From: Phaeosaccion multiseriatum
Lineage: Eukaryota; Protista; Ochrophyta, other classes
Reading direction: 5' to 3'
NCBI GenBank assembly: GCA_965112735.1
Contig: OZ218953.1
Span: 1,240,001 to 1,304,000, forward strand
Length of the DNA: 64,000 nt
Positions 25,250 through 37,516 of the stretch are shown here, piece after piece. The position numbers and the translations under genes were made by a program. The notes below the pieces were generated by a model. The model was given only the letters and a program-made list of their open reading frames with translations, was not told the origin of the DNA and made no database searches. Within the stretch, counting starts at the first letter, position 1. Every line of letters starts with the position of its first letter.

Positions 25250-25771
25250 ATCATTTAAAAATGGACTTACTACTCTTTCCCCCTTGCATTTTTCTGATCC
25301 CCTCGTTTACTACTGTGAGTTGTCTCTTATCGTAGAGTGTGAACGCTGTGGGACTCACTCTGTCTCTATCTCTACCCTTTACGTGCCTCTGTCTGGACAT
25401 CTGTCTCTGCCCCGGTCCCTGCCTCTCATCTCTGCCTGTACCTCTATATCCCTCTCTGTACATGTCATCTCCATCTGTGATGGTACCTCTATTTCTGTCC
25501 CTGTTTCTGCCCCTGCCTTTACCCGTGCGCCTTCTTCTGTCCTTGCGCCCGGCTGTGGCTCGGTCTCGGTTTCGGTCTCCCATCTCCGCCTCTCCCTCTG
25601 CAACAACCTCACGACCAGAGAGCGCGTATCTCCGCCCGGCGGCGAGTCACCTCCTGTCATACTCTCTTCCCCTGCACTCCTCCTCCGCGGGTTCCATCTC
25701 AACGTCCGCCAGCGGCGATCGCCTGTTCCTTCTCCTGCTCCTCCTGGTCCTCCTGCTCCTCCTCCTGCTTC

Positions 25772-26891
25772 TCAATACCCGACGGTGACGTGTGCAACTG
25801 CGATGATCATGGAGTCGTCCTTGTCTGAAGCGGGGACAGAGGGGAGGCGAGGCCAACGTTCAGGAAACAGAGCGACGCGACACCGAAAGAGCGTTTCTTT
25901 CTTGTTGACATTGACCATCAATCAAAGCACTACATTCTTTGACAGCATCAGCAGCAATAGAAACGTCGCTCACTCCCCACTCCATTCCCTTCCACCCACC
26001 CCCTAGCTCGTCGATGGCGATGCCGCTGGACGCCCTCATCCCACCCTGTTGGACCCGGATGGGTAGCATTTGGCCGTAAGGGAAGACCTTCTTGACCTGG
26101 GGGTGGGTGCGTGGGTGCGTGTGTGTACTTAGTGTAAGAGGGGGGCGAGGGCCTAAAAAACCGCCGCAGTCTCATACATGCCATGTCAGCATCGCTTTGA
26201 CCTCCACCCTCAGTCCTCTCCCCTCTTTGATACGTATAAAGTGGGGCTCGACTCGCCTGCTCGAGGTCGATGTCACTCTCCGGTAGGGGGCAGGCGAGCT
26301 GCACCCGGAGCTTCATTCCATCGTAGCCCCCTGGAACGATGTCCTTGATGCACGGTATACTGTTGAACTCTATGGCATTCCGGCACGCCCTGCCGAGGCA
26401 GCAGCAACCGCAGTGCACAGTAAAGGAGAGAAGTGGGCGTGAGCGTTTATCCGCATGCTGCGTATACAGTGCATATAGAGCTTGGCCACCCTATCGACTC
26501 ACCTGACGCAGGCCTTGGTCGCGTCCTGACCGTGTCCGTCACATCCTGAAAGAGCGGGGAGCGCGGTGGGGTATCAAACCTGCTGCTGCTGTTGCCCTGA
26601 AAGGACTATGGCGTGCCGCAAGGACTCACCTATCCCCGTCTCGATGAAGAGAACCTGCCGAGCAAGGAGGAGGAAGAGTGAGCTCTCTTCCCACCACGAC
26701 AATAAAGACAAGCAACCTTGCCTTACCTGCTTCATTTCGCTGCTCATGCCCCCCTCGCCTTCGGCCATCCGTCTCGTTGCGAGACTTCCACCACTCTGAG
26801 GAAGGCGATGAAGAAGTGGAGTGACAAAGGATGCAGAGCGAGGAAGGAGGAGAAGCAAAAGGAAGAGTAGGCTCTGGAGCAAAACACTCAT
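25772..26891 (-). CDS. Lin0512-family conserved protein with bipartite plastid-targeting presequence, 171 aa; exons 26727-26891, 26630-26654, 26503-26545, 26257-26389, 26000-26096, 25772-25824
   Basis: Spliced product VLFIETGIGCDGHGQDATKACVRACRNAIEFNSIP..KKVFPYG..GGMRASSGIAIDELGDKDDSMIIAVAHVTVGY* matches the Lin0512 pattern. All intron phases are consistent, and one intron is GC-AG. The N-terminal signal peptide ends SAS|FVTP. Confidence 0.9.
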
Positions 26892-27198
26892 CGCTCGGAA
26901 GGAGCTCCTACAGATTTATCACTCTCCCGCTTATACGTATTTGTTACTGGGAATCAGACGAGGGGAAGGGGAAAAATGCTTTCTGGTGGTCAGGTTGATC
27001 GATTACTTCTTTGTATCACCAACGGAGGCACTTCAAGCCCTTCCGCGATCGATCCTTTGTGTCTATGTTTATGTCCACAACGGGCCCGACGTACCTTGGG
27101 GTGGGAGATAGATAGAGATATAGATAACGTGGGGCAAGCATGGAGCAAGGTGTAAGGCAAAGGATGGAGAATGGTACAATCCCACAGAATTAAGACGC

Positions 27199-29278
27199 AT
27201 GGACGAGGCAGGAGTGAGAGAAGCCCAGGAGAGAGGGGCGCCAGCAGTAAAAGTGAAAGTGGGAAGAAGGGGAAGTGGAGAGGGGCGGGGAGGAGGAGTA
27301 CGGGAAGGACAGGGAGGAGAAAGAGGGTGCGATGGGAGCAGGGGCCGAAGGGGGGGAGGAGGGGGCAGAGGAGGTGGGGGTGGAGGGGGGTGGATAGGAG
27401 GAGAAGGGGGAGGAGGAGAGGCCTACAAAGCGCCACCACCACCACCACCACAGCAGCACCACCAGCAGCAGCAGCAACAACAACATCAGAGACACATCTT
27501 TTCGTCACCAGCAGTGCCCGCAGACACATTCTGGACGGATGCGAATGCTCGTATTCCGCCCCAACTCATACGCGTGAATGGGGGCGCAGCGGCAGGAGCA
27601 GGAGCACAGGAAGAGCAGCAGCAGCACGAGGGAAAGAATGGGCCTTCGGTGACAGTGATGAGTTTCAATGTCCTGGCCGACGCCTACGCCAAACCCCGCG
27701 CGTTCCCAGGAGTAGATAGGCAGGCGCTGCGTTTTATGCATCGACGCGAGACAATGGCAAAGCGCTTGCGGAGCTGCAGCGAGGCCGGGGTTGACCTGAT
27801 GCTGCTACAAGAGGTGAGTGAGTGAGTGAGTGACTGAGTGAGTGAGTGAGTGAGTGAGTGAGTGAGTGAGTGAGTGAGTGAGTGAGTGAGTGAGTGAGTG
27901 AGTGAGTGAGTGAGTGAGTGAGTGAGTGAGTGAGTGAGTGAGTGAGTGAGTGAGTGAGTGAGTGAGTGAGTGACTGGGTGAGTGAGTGAGTAAGTGAGTG
28001 AGTGAGTAAGTGAGTGAGTGAGTGAGTGCGTGCGTGAGTGCATGCGTGAGTGAGTGAGTGAGTGAGTGAGTGAGTGAGGGCGGGCGTGAGTGCGTGGGGC
28101 GCCTTCTTGGAGCGACCAAAGGGGTTAAGTGAGTGTGGAGAAGGAGTAGCTGAGTGCTGCAGAGCCTCGCCCTGAATGGACGCTTGGGTTATCTTGTGGC
28201 GAGGTGTATTGTCTGTAATTTCTTACTATGTAGCCTGCCACCTACTGAGGTCATCAGGAGGACCCCTAAGAAGCATTCCGTCTTTGCAACAAATGTATAT
28301 ATACATAAATAAACGGGACAGTGGTGAGCGAAAGGAGCGGTATGGGTCTACTCATATCGCCCTGACAATGCCATTGGCCTTGACCCTCCTGCTGCTCTCC
28401 CTCCCTCCCTCCCTCCCTCCCTCCCTCCCTCCTTCTCTCCCTCCCTCCTTCCCCTCCCTCCCTCCCTTCCTCCCGTTAGGTGGATCATTGGGAAGACTTC
28501 TACAAGCAGGTGTTGCTGAGCCTGGGCTACATTGCTATCTTCGAAAAGAGACCAAGCGACGACAAAACCGACGGCGTGTAAGCTGCCTGCCTCTGGCAAC
28601 GACTGTCTTTGCCTCCCTTCCCTCCTTCCTTCCTTACTTCCTTCCTTCCTTCCTCCCTCCCTCCCCAGTTCCCCTCTTCCTTAAACACTGATTGTCCTTA
28701 CTCACCCACTAACTCAATGGCACCTTGCGTGCGCCTCCACAATTCCTTGCCTGTTCGGCTCCTGGCTCCTGGCTCCTTGCTACCGCCGCTACACCGGGCA
28801 CCATCAACCTTCACGCTCCAACTTCCGACAGCGCCATCGCATGGAGGGCGTCCAAGCTGCAGCTCCTCGACTCAGAAACCATCAGGTGAAGTCGAACATC
28901 TCTCCCTTCCTTCGTTCCCGCCTTTCCTTCCTCGCTTCCTTCCTCCCTCCCTTCCTTCCGTCTTGGCTCCTTTCGCCGCTCCCATTCTGTATTTCCGTTT
29001 TAACGCGCTCACACCAATACACCAATACCTGCCCTTCTCTCCTTGGGATGATGGTGCGCAGCTTCGACGACTTCTTCCCCACCCCCTCTCTGGAGCAGTA
29101 CCGCAAGCACAATGTCGCCCTGGCGTGTCTGTTTAAGTTCCTCCCTCCACTCGGTGAGCGTTGGTGGAGCGACGAAACCCCCAAGCCCCCGGCCAGAGGG
29201 GGGGAGGGGAGGACTCTTCTTGTGTGCTGCACTCACCTCTTTTGGAACCCGAAAGGCCTGGGACCCTGTATTAAGAGT

Positions 29279-29330
<52 letters not shown>

Positions 29331-32300
29331 GTGTGTGTTTGTGTGTGGGTGGGTGTATAGTGATCTTTTCAGGGAGGACACGACAAGAAGCGATGTGAGA
29401 GAGATGAAGGGCTGCTTCCTTCTGCTTTGAGGCAGCAATCGTGATGTGGAGTGATGTGGAGTGATACGGAGTGAGCCCAGGCCAACGCTCTATTCGGATC
29501 ACCTCTTCTCAGTGCGGACGGGCACTCCACCACCCCGAGCTCACGCCCGCCCCCTCTCCCCTTCTTCCCCCCTTCCCCTCCCTCCCCCCTCCCTCCCTCC
29601 CTCCCCACCTCCCTCCGGCAGTGCTGCAGGCCGCGCTGCTGCTCGATATGCTGACCAACATCAAGCGCCGAGTCAGGCTCAGTGCGGGCGAGGGTATGGA
29701 TGACGAGGACAAGAAGGACGTGGAAGACGTGGAGGACGAGGAGGACGAGGAGGATCCTAGCAAGGGGTGGGGGGGGGAGGGAGGGGATGAGCCGGCGGTG
29801 CTGCTGGGGGGCGACTTCAACTCAACTCCGGAGTCATGCGTCCTGAAGCTCCTCACACAGGTCTGCTGAGCTGGTTGCGCTTAAATATGGCCCTTGCTTT
29901 GCATACAGTGTAACCGTGTAACCGTGTAACTGTGTAACCGTGTGACTGTGTAACCGTGTCTCTTTCCTATGTCTGTCTGTCTACTCTCATAATACAGTCC
30001 CGTTGTCTACAAATAAGTCTCCTCTTCTCATGTCTGTCTGCCTCTGCTCACTTCTCTGCAGGGGTGGGTTCAGCCCGAGCTTGCCCACGACCCCTCCAAG
30101 TTCTTCTGTACCTCCGAGCTTAACAAACTTTGCAGGTCAGTGAGTCAGTCAGTGAGTCAGTCAGTCAGTGAGTCAGTCAGTCAGTCAGTCAGTCAGTCAG
30201 TCAGTAAGACAGTCAGTCAGTCAGTCGGTCAGTCAGTCAGTCAGTCAGTCAGCGAGTCAGTCAGTCAGTCAATCAGTCAGTCAGTCGGTGTCAGTCTGTC
30301 TGTCTGTCAGTCAGTCAATCCTTCAGTCGGTCAGTCAGTCATTGTCAGTCCAGTCAATCAGTCAGTCAGTCAGGCAGCCAGTGTCAGTCAGTCAGTCAGT
30401 CCGTCAGTCAATCAGTCAGTCAGTTCGCTACTCAGTCAATCAGTCAGTCAGTCGATCAGACAGTCAGTCAGTCAGTCCGTCAGTCTTCAGTCAATCAGTC
30501 AGTCAGTCCGTCAGTCAGTCCGTCAGTCAGTCAGTCAGTTAGTCAGTCAATCAGTCAGTCAGTCCGTCAGTTAGTCAGTCAATCAGTCAGTCACACAGTC
30601 AGTCAGTCGGTCAGCCATTCAGTCGGGCCCAAAGCCACAGCACACACTCTTTTGGGTACTGAGGGGGTCTGATGCGACGATGTGTCTCTCTCGTCTACCT
30701 TATCTCTCTCCTTCCTTTCTCCCTCCCTCCCTCCCTCCCTCCCTTCCTCCCTTCCTCCCTCCCTTCCTCCCTCCCTCCCTCCCTCCCTCCCTCCCTCCCT
30801 CTCTCCCTCCCTCTCTCCCTCCCTCCCTTCTTTCAGGAACATGCGATGTCTGGGCATCGACACCGCTCTGGAGACGCAGGAGGAGGAGCAGCAACGCATC
30901 AAGAAGAGAGACTTCGTTGTGTTCGAGCGCGCCAAGCTCGAGCGGCGTGTGCTTGTCACTGCATCGAAAGGCATCATCAATAAGAAGGTATAGGCATTAC
31001 ACTGCCATCACAAGACCGTTACACCACTACCTTTGTAGGCCATCGTGTACTTGTGCACACACACGCACGCACCCACATTCGACATGCATTTTTGCTCCAT
31101 GTATAGCCCCTTCCGACCTACTCCTCGCTTCATGCATCCTGTCTGTGCGCGTGTATGTGCGTGTGCGTATTCGCGTGCGTGTGCTCGTGTGTGTGTGCGT
31201 GTATCTGCGTATGTGTGTGGTGCGATGTGTCTTTCCACCACGGCTATCTGTTGCGCCAATCAACTCATAAAAAAGGACTGTCCGGAAGGCTTCCACATAA
31301 TGGCCAATGACCAAGACTACTCTCTAGCCTTCCTCTGCAAGCTCTACGGCGTGAAGCTACAGGCGTACCGCTACCTCACTCGGTGCGTCAAGTGTAACGG
31401 TTTCATCACCGCCTGCTGTCGAGAAGAGATGGAAGAGCTGAGGTGAGTGAGAGTGAGCGGAGATGCTTCACTGCCGCAGTGCCTGCTCTGCTGGCTGTCG
31501 AGTCAAGACATGGAATAAACAGAAAGAGAAATGATTTACCACTCTGGCTGTCGGGCGTATGTGTGTCGGTGGATGGGCCTGGGACTTTAAAAAACAAAAT
31601 TATCAGTATCCAGGTGTTCCGTTGTGCAACTGCAATTCGTGAGAGTGAGTGACCACTTTTGTATTACAAACAAACAAAACATTCACTCACGTAAGCTTAT
31701 GGCCTCTCAGGCGGTCAGAGGGGGCTCCTGCCTTTGCTTTGGCTAACGACGAAGTCTATCTTTGCCGGGGATGCGGACAATGCTACTGGTGGAACGTTCG
31801 GGAAGGAAGCTCTGCCTACAGAGCGAAGGAGAATGCGAGGAGGCTTCATGCTCTCATTATGGACGTGGTAGGAGCTCCACCTTCTTCTCCTCCTGTCCCT
31901 CCTCCTCCTTCTGCTGCTGCTGCTGCTGCTGCAGGAGGAGCAGGAGGAGGAGCAAGACGGGGAGGAGCAGGAGGAGGAAGGGGGAACAGAGAGACGGAGA
32001 GGAAGAGCGATGAGGAGGAGACCGGTAGCTGCGAGGTGAGCGCATTACAATTAGAGGAGGAAGGGGGTGACATGATGCCTTCTAAACACACCTGCAGACA
32101 AGATGCAGAGAGCAAGGAAGGAGGAAGCAGCACAGGCCAGAGGGGGCTTGCACGCACGCACACACACACACTGCATTTGGATCGCTACCGGAGGGGAGAG
32201 AGCTTCGAGAACGACCTGGGCCTAAGCAGCGCCTATGCCGCCTACCCGAGGGAGTTGTGGTTCACGCCAGGTGGCGATGGTGCTGGGGGGCCCGCGGCGG

Positions 32301-33136
32301 TGAAGAGGGGTGGGGGGGAGAGAGATGGCTCCGATCGGGACGCAGCAGCAGTTCGTGGTACAGAAGGAGGAGAAGGAGGAGGAGGAGGAGGAGGAGGAGG
32401 AGAAGCAGCAGCAGGAGTAGCAGCACCGCCGCTGCCAGTAGCTGGTGATAGAGGAAGAAAAGCAGCAGCAGTTGGTGATGCAGGAGCAGCAGCAGCAGCA
32501 GCATTAGCACCACCATCGCCGCCAGCACTTGGAGATACAGGAGCAGCAGCAGGAGCAGCAGCGGCAATAGCACAACCACTATCGCCGCCATCGCATGGGC
32601 TCGGGCCTCCCAGAGATGCCCCCTACACCAATGCTCCGGCAGGGTTCTGTGGGACTTTGGATTACATCTTTTACGATCACAGTTGGCGGGTGGAGGCCCT
32701 GCTGCCCGTGCCGAAGCTGAGCTGTTTTGGTCCCGAGCGATTGCCGAATGCTTCCTGGCCCAGTGATCACCTTTGTCTCATCGCGCAGTTGCGCCTCTGT
32801 GGCGCTGGAGGAGGAGGAGGAGGAGAAGAAGGAGGAGGAGGAGGAGGAGGAGGAGGAGGAGGAGGAGGAGGAGGAGGAGGAAGAGGAGGAGGAGGAGGAG
32901 GAGGAGGAGGAAGAGGAGGAGGAGGAGGAGGAGGAGGAGGGGGGGGGGGGGGGGGAGGAGGAGGAGGAGGAGAAGGAGGAGGAGAAGGAGGAGGAGGAGG
33001 AGAAGGAGGAGCAGGGGGAGGAGGGGGAGGAGGGGAAGAGGTAGGAGGAGGAGGAGGAGGAGGAGGAGGAGGAGGAGGAGGAGGAGGAGGAGGAGGAGGA
33101 GGAGGAGCAGCAGCAGGAGGAGGACGAGGGGGGTGA
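27199..33136 (+). CDS. CCR4/nocturnin/angel-type EEP nuclease-phosphatase with inserted Mut7-C (PIN-like + Zn ribbon) domain; exons 27199-27813, 28480-28577, 28832-28885, 29062-29276, 29622-29860, 30062-30135, 30837-30987, 31276-31442, 31711-33136
   Basis: EEP motifs: VMSFNVLADAY, LLQEVD, DGVAIAW, THLFWNP, GGDFNSTP, YTN..FCGTLDYIFY, LPNASWPSDH. Mut7-C motifs: KFFC..LNKLCRNMRCLGIDT, AKLERRVLVT, TRCVKCNG, YLCRGCGQCYWW. Intron phases are consistent. The Gly-rich tail is uncertain. Confidence 0.88.
27814..28077 (+). repeat. (GTGA)n array starting at the splice donor
   Basis: gag|gtgagtgagtgagt... Confidence 0.95.
30136..30612 (+). repeat. Degenerate (GTCA)n array starting at the splice donor
   Basis: ag|gtcagtgagtcagtcag... 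Confidence 0.93.
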
Positions 33137-33263
33137 AAGTGAATAAAACACAAGAGGTCTGTTTTAAGTGTGTTTTGGTTGTGTGATGTTTGTCCAGGGC
33201 TGTTCCCCTCCTGCTCTGGCTCAGTCATCACACTGAGCAAGCTCTACTCAATGCTCGGTCTAT

Positions 33264-34333
33264 TCACTCTGCGAAGAAGAGGGCCATTCGCTGCAGGCAG
33301 TCGTCGCGGTGTGTGTGCTGCAGCTCCTCCATAAAGGGCAGCGCACTTGCCACGACAAAGGCCGAACGGCCACCACCACCACCAGTTGGTGATTCAGCAG
33401 CAGTAACACCAAAAGAAGTTGGTGATACAGCAGCGGCAGTGACATGGTCCAGATGGCGCAGCAGCGCCACAGCGAGATAGACGAGGTAGTCAGGGCCCTT
33501 GGTAGCAGTGAGGAGCGCGGCAGCGACTCTTTGGCGGTGGCTCAGAGGCACCGATAGAGACGCCAGCGCAACGGGTATGGGTGACGCACATGTCAGATCT
33601 TCAGATGGCGACGACAGTGACCGAAGCAAGATAGAGCCTACCCCGCCGCCCCCCCAGAAGGAGTGTATGAGCATCGAGTGTGCTGCGGTTGCCACAGAGA
33701 CGCCCTTGCACGCCAGCCGAGGCCCCACATGGGGCAGTGCCGTCGCAGTTACCTCCACCGCGAGCTGGCTCAGCAGGAGCAAGGGCGAGTCTCCAAAGGC
33801 CCTCCGACTGCAAAAGAAGGCACCGGATGGCGGAGGCGTTTTTCTCGCGGGGAGGTGAGGTCCTGCCGCTGCCCTTGGTCCTGTCGCTGCTGTATCACCC
33901 ACTGCTGCTGCTGGTGCTGCTGTTACTGTTGCTGATGTTGCTGCTGCTGTATCACCAACTCCTCCTCCTCCAGCTGGCCACAGACACTCACCCCACCACA
34001 GCTCTCCTACAGCCCGCAGCACTCGTCTCGTTAGCGCCGCATCACAGCCACTGGAAAGGTACATGGTGGCTGCGAACCAATCGCAATTCGGTGATAATGA
34101 GGATGATGATGATGATGATAATGATGATGATGATGGTGGTGGTGGTAAAGGTGATAATATACAAGACCCACCACCACCATCATCGGCATTTCTGCTGCTA
34201 CCACCAATACCACCACCACCACCACCACCACCGCCACCACCACCACCATGAGCAGGAGCAGAAGCAAGAGGAGGAGAAGCCCTGCTGCCCCACATGAGGG
34301 GCAGGAGGTCCCTCTCCAAGCCTGAGGGCAAGC

Positions 34334-34384
<51 letters not shown>

Positions 34385-37300
34385 TAGCACCATCGCTGCT
34401 CATGCTACTACTTGTACTGCTGCTTCTGCTGCTGCTGCTGCTGTTTCCCCCTCCCGCCATGGCATCCAGCCTGTTGCCAAACACGCCTCTCGCTACCTCG
34501 CCCACCACGCGCACAGCCTCCGTGACAACCCCAGCTCGGAGACCATCAAAGTCGCGCACCCCCAGGGGGTCGTTGTTGTCCGCGTTGGTCGCCCGCTGAG
34601 AAGGAATTGCGGGATACGGTTGTTGCCCACGCACGCGCCCACACTCGCTCCCGTCAACGTTCAGGACATCGTTAACATCCCCCTTGGGTCCTCCCAGCAG
34701 CTCGATGAGAAGAAGGGGCATGCCTTCACTCTGCAAGCACTTGCCCGAGGACAGCAGGACAGGCAGCGCGGCCTCTACTTGCGAGCGCCACTGTTGCCAC
34801 TGTATCACCAACTGCTGCTGCTGTACATTTCCCTCCCAGGTAGCCCCTGCTGCCCTGTCCAGTGCTTCGCCTTGCCGTCGCTCCCGTGGTGGATAGCTGC
34901 CCGCCACAGCTGCTGCCACCCCCGCCCCCACTGACGCAGCAGTAGGAGCGGCCCTCAGAAGCGCAGACATTACCCGCACTGCCGACGACACTGACGACAC
35001 TGGTGCTACGGTACCACCAGCTGCTGCGCCTGACGCGCACTCCTCCTCCTCCTCCTCCTCCTCCTCCTTCTCCACTGCATGAAAGCAATCCATCTCATGG
35101 AGCAATCTCTCGCAGCTCACAGACCAGGCATCAGTAGGCGCACAGCTCCCCTCTTCCCCTTCCTCCTCCGAAGCATCCATAAGGGCGCCACCGCTTGTTG
35201 GCCCCCCGTCCCCTTCTTCCTCCTCCAGACCAGACACAACAGTATTTACGGCAGCGCCAGCTTGCTGCTGCCTCTGCTGCTGCTGTATGACCAACTGCTT
35301 CTCCTGCTGCTGTCTCTGCCTCCTCCTCCGCTGGGGGCGCCTCCTGTCCCTCCACTCCTGCCCTCCCCCCCCCAAGACAGCCCTCAAAAGGATCGCTCGG
35401 AGCGCCAGGATTCCCTCCACGCTCGAAGTGCCCACGGACCGCAAAAGCAACAAGCCGTACAGCCTCGTGTCAGGATCATGATGCCCCTCCTCTTCCCGCC
35501 TCGGTTGCCCCGCCGCCTCCCCCCTCGGGTCACCCCCTGGGTTTGCCATGGCAATTGCATTTGGTGCCATCCTATGGGGTGTCAGGACGAGGACGCCAAA
35601 GTGTGCTACGATGGCACGCATGAGCTGCAGCGTCCACGCCGTCGGACAGGAGACAGTTACAGTCTCCAGGCTCTTGGCCATGTGGAAGCACGCCCCCTCC
35701 GGCGTCGCCAATGCCAGGGCGAGGCAGTCTTCTCGCAGAGGCAAAGCGACAATGGCTGTCCAGAGCTCGTCGAGAAAACCCTTAGGGTGGAGGGGGGGGA
35801 GGGGGTGGAGGCGAAGTCGGTTGATAGAGTGGGATGGTGGTGGATGGCAGTACATGGCGGTGGGGTAGGGGGGGGTGGGTGGGGCACATGAGCGAGGCCG
35901 CAGGGACGGCATGAGGCCGTGGGGGGAGAAGAGGGGAGGGAGGGGCAGAGAGGACGGGCAGGGTGAGTGACAAGGGACACTGCGCCACTGCGCGACGGAC
36001 GGAATGAGTGTCTGTCTGCTTCTGTCTGCTGGCTTCCGTAAGGGGGGGGGGGGGAGGGGAGGGGAGAAAGTACAGCGTAAGAAAACGTTCGAAAGGGAGG
36101 GCCAAGCTTAGTTCGGAATGTGGGACTATCGACCAACCGACCAACCACTCTCAACGTACCGATTCAGTCAGTGCCCGCTGGCCCACAGGCAAGAGCGCGG
36201 CTTGGCCGACCTCCACGGCGACGTGAACATCCCGGGGGGGGTGCGGGTCCGGCTCCTGCCCCTGCCCCTGCCCCTGCTCCTGCTCCTCCTCCTCCTCCTC
36301 CCCCTGCTGCTGCTGCTGCTGCTCTTTCTCCTGCTCCTCCTGCTCTTGATCCACTCGAATGCCGCCGAGGAAAGGCCTCACTAGCGTCTCCTGCACGGCA
36401 ACTTCGAGCACCGGACTCCGAGTCGGGTCTAATTCTTCCACTCCCCCCGCCCGCCCTCGCCCCCCTGTCTCTTCCTCTCCCTCTCCCCCCCTTGTGGTCG
36501 TTGTCCTCTTCTTCTTCTCTCCTCTCTTTGATACAGACGAAGTTCGAAGCAGGTCACGGTGTCCCGTGCCTCCTCCTCCCTCCTCCCCCTCCCTCCCCTC
36601 ATCTCCCTCCTCCTCCTCCTCCTCCTCCTCCTCCTCCGCTCGTCGAAGCCACATGAGGCCCTCTAGAGAGCCTGCCCACTGACTCAGACAGAACTTCACC
36701 TTGCCCCTGGCCTTTGCGCATACTCTCCTCCTTCTCTCCTTCAAGAGCCTTGCGTCGCTGTCACAACTGGCCTGCCGCATGTTACCTCCCTCCTCCGTCG
36801 TCGCCTCCGTCTTCCCCTCGCCGCTGTGATCATCTCTATCATCGCCGTGGTCAGTGCCTTCTGAGTCTAGGGCCATCTCACATACCTCCTCTCCTCCTTC
36901 TTCCTCTTCCCCCTCCTCTCGCCCCAGCTGTCGCAGCCCCCGTCGCAGCAATGCAGCCAGTGCCTGAGGCAAGCCGTAGTAGTGGAGCACAGCGCACGCT
37001 CCGGTCACACGTGCGAGGGGGGCCAACGCACATGCAAAGCGCAGGCCCAGCTCGCCGAGGCGCTCCTGCTGCTGTATCACCAACTGATGTATCACCGACT
37101 GCTGCTGCTGCTGCTCTCCACTACCATCTTGAGCCCTGTCACCTTCTCCCGGGTGCATCCCTTCTTGTTTCTCCTCCTCCTCCTCCTCCTCCTCCTCCTC
37201 CACCACCACCACCACCACCCACTGCTCCAGTAAGGCCACGGTCAAGCGCAAGAGTACGGCACACGCCTCAGAGGCCATCGTCGGATGCCCACTCTGATGG

Positions 37301-37477
37301 TGCCCAACCTGATGCACTAGGGTTGCTGTCATCTCTCTCTCTGTCTCTGACTCTGTTCCTGTGCCCTGACGGGAGAGGAGTAGGTCTACGCTCCACCTCG
37401 ACCCCACCACCTCCGTCACCGTGTCCACAAGTCCGTCCGCCACCTCCAGCAGCACAGGGTTAAATAGCATAGGATTG

Positions 37478-37516
<39 letters not shown>

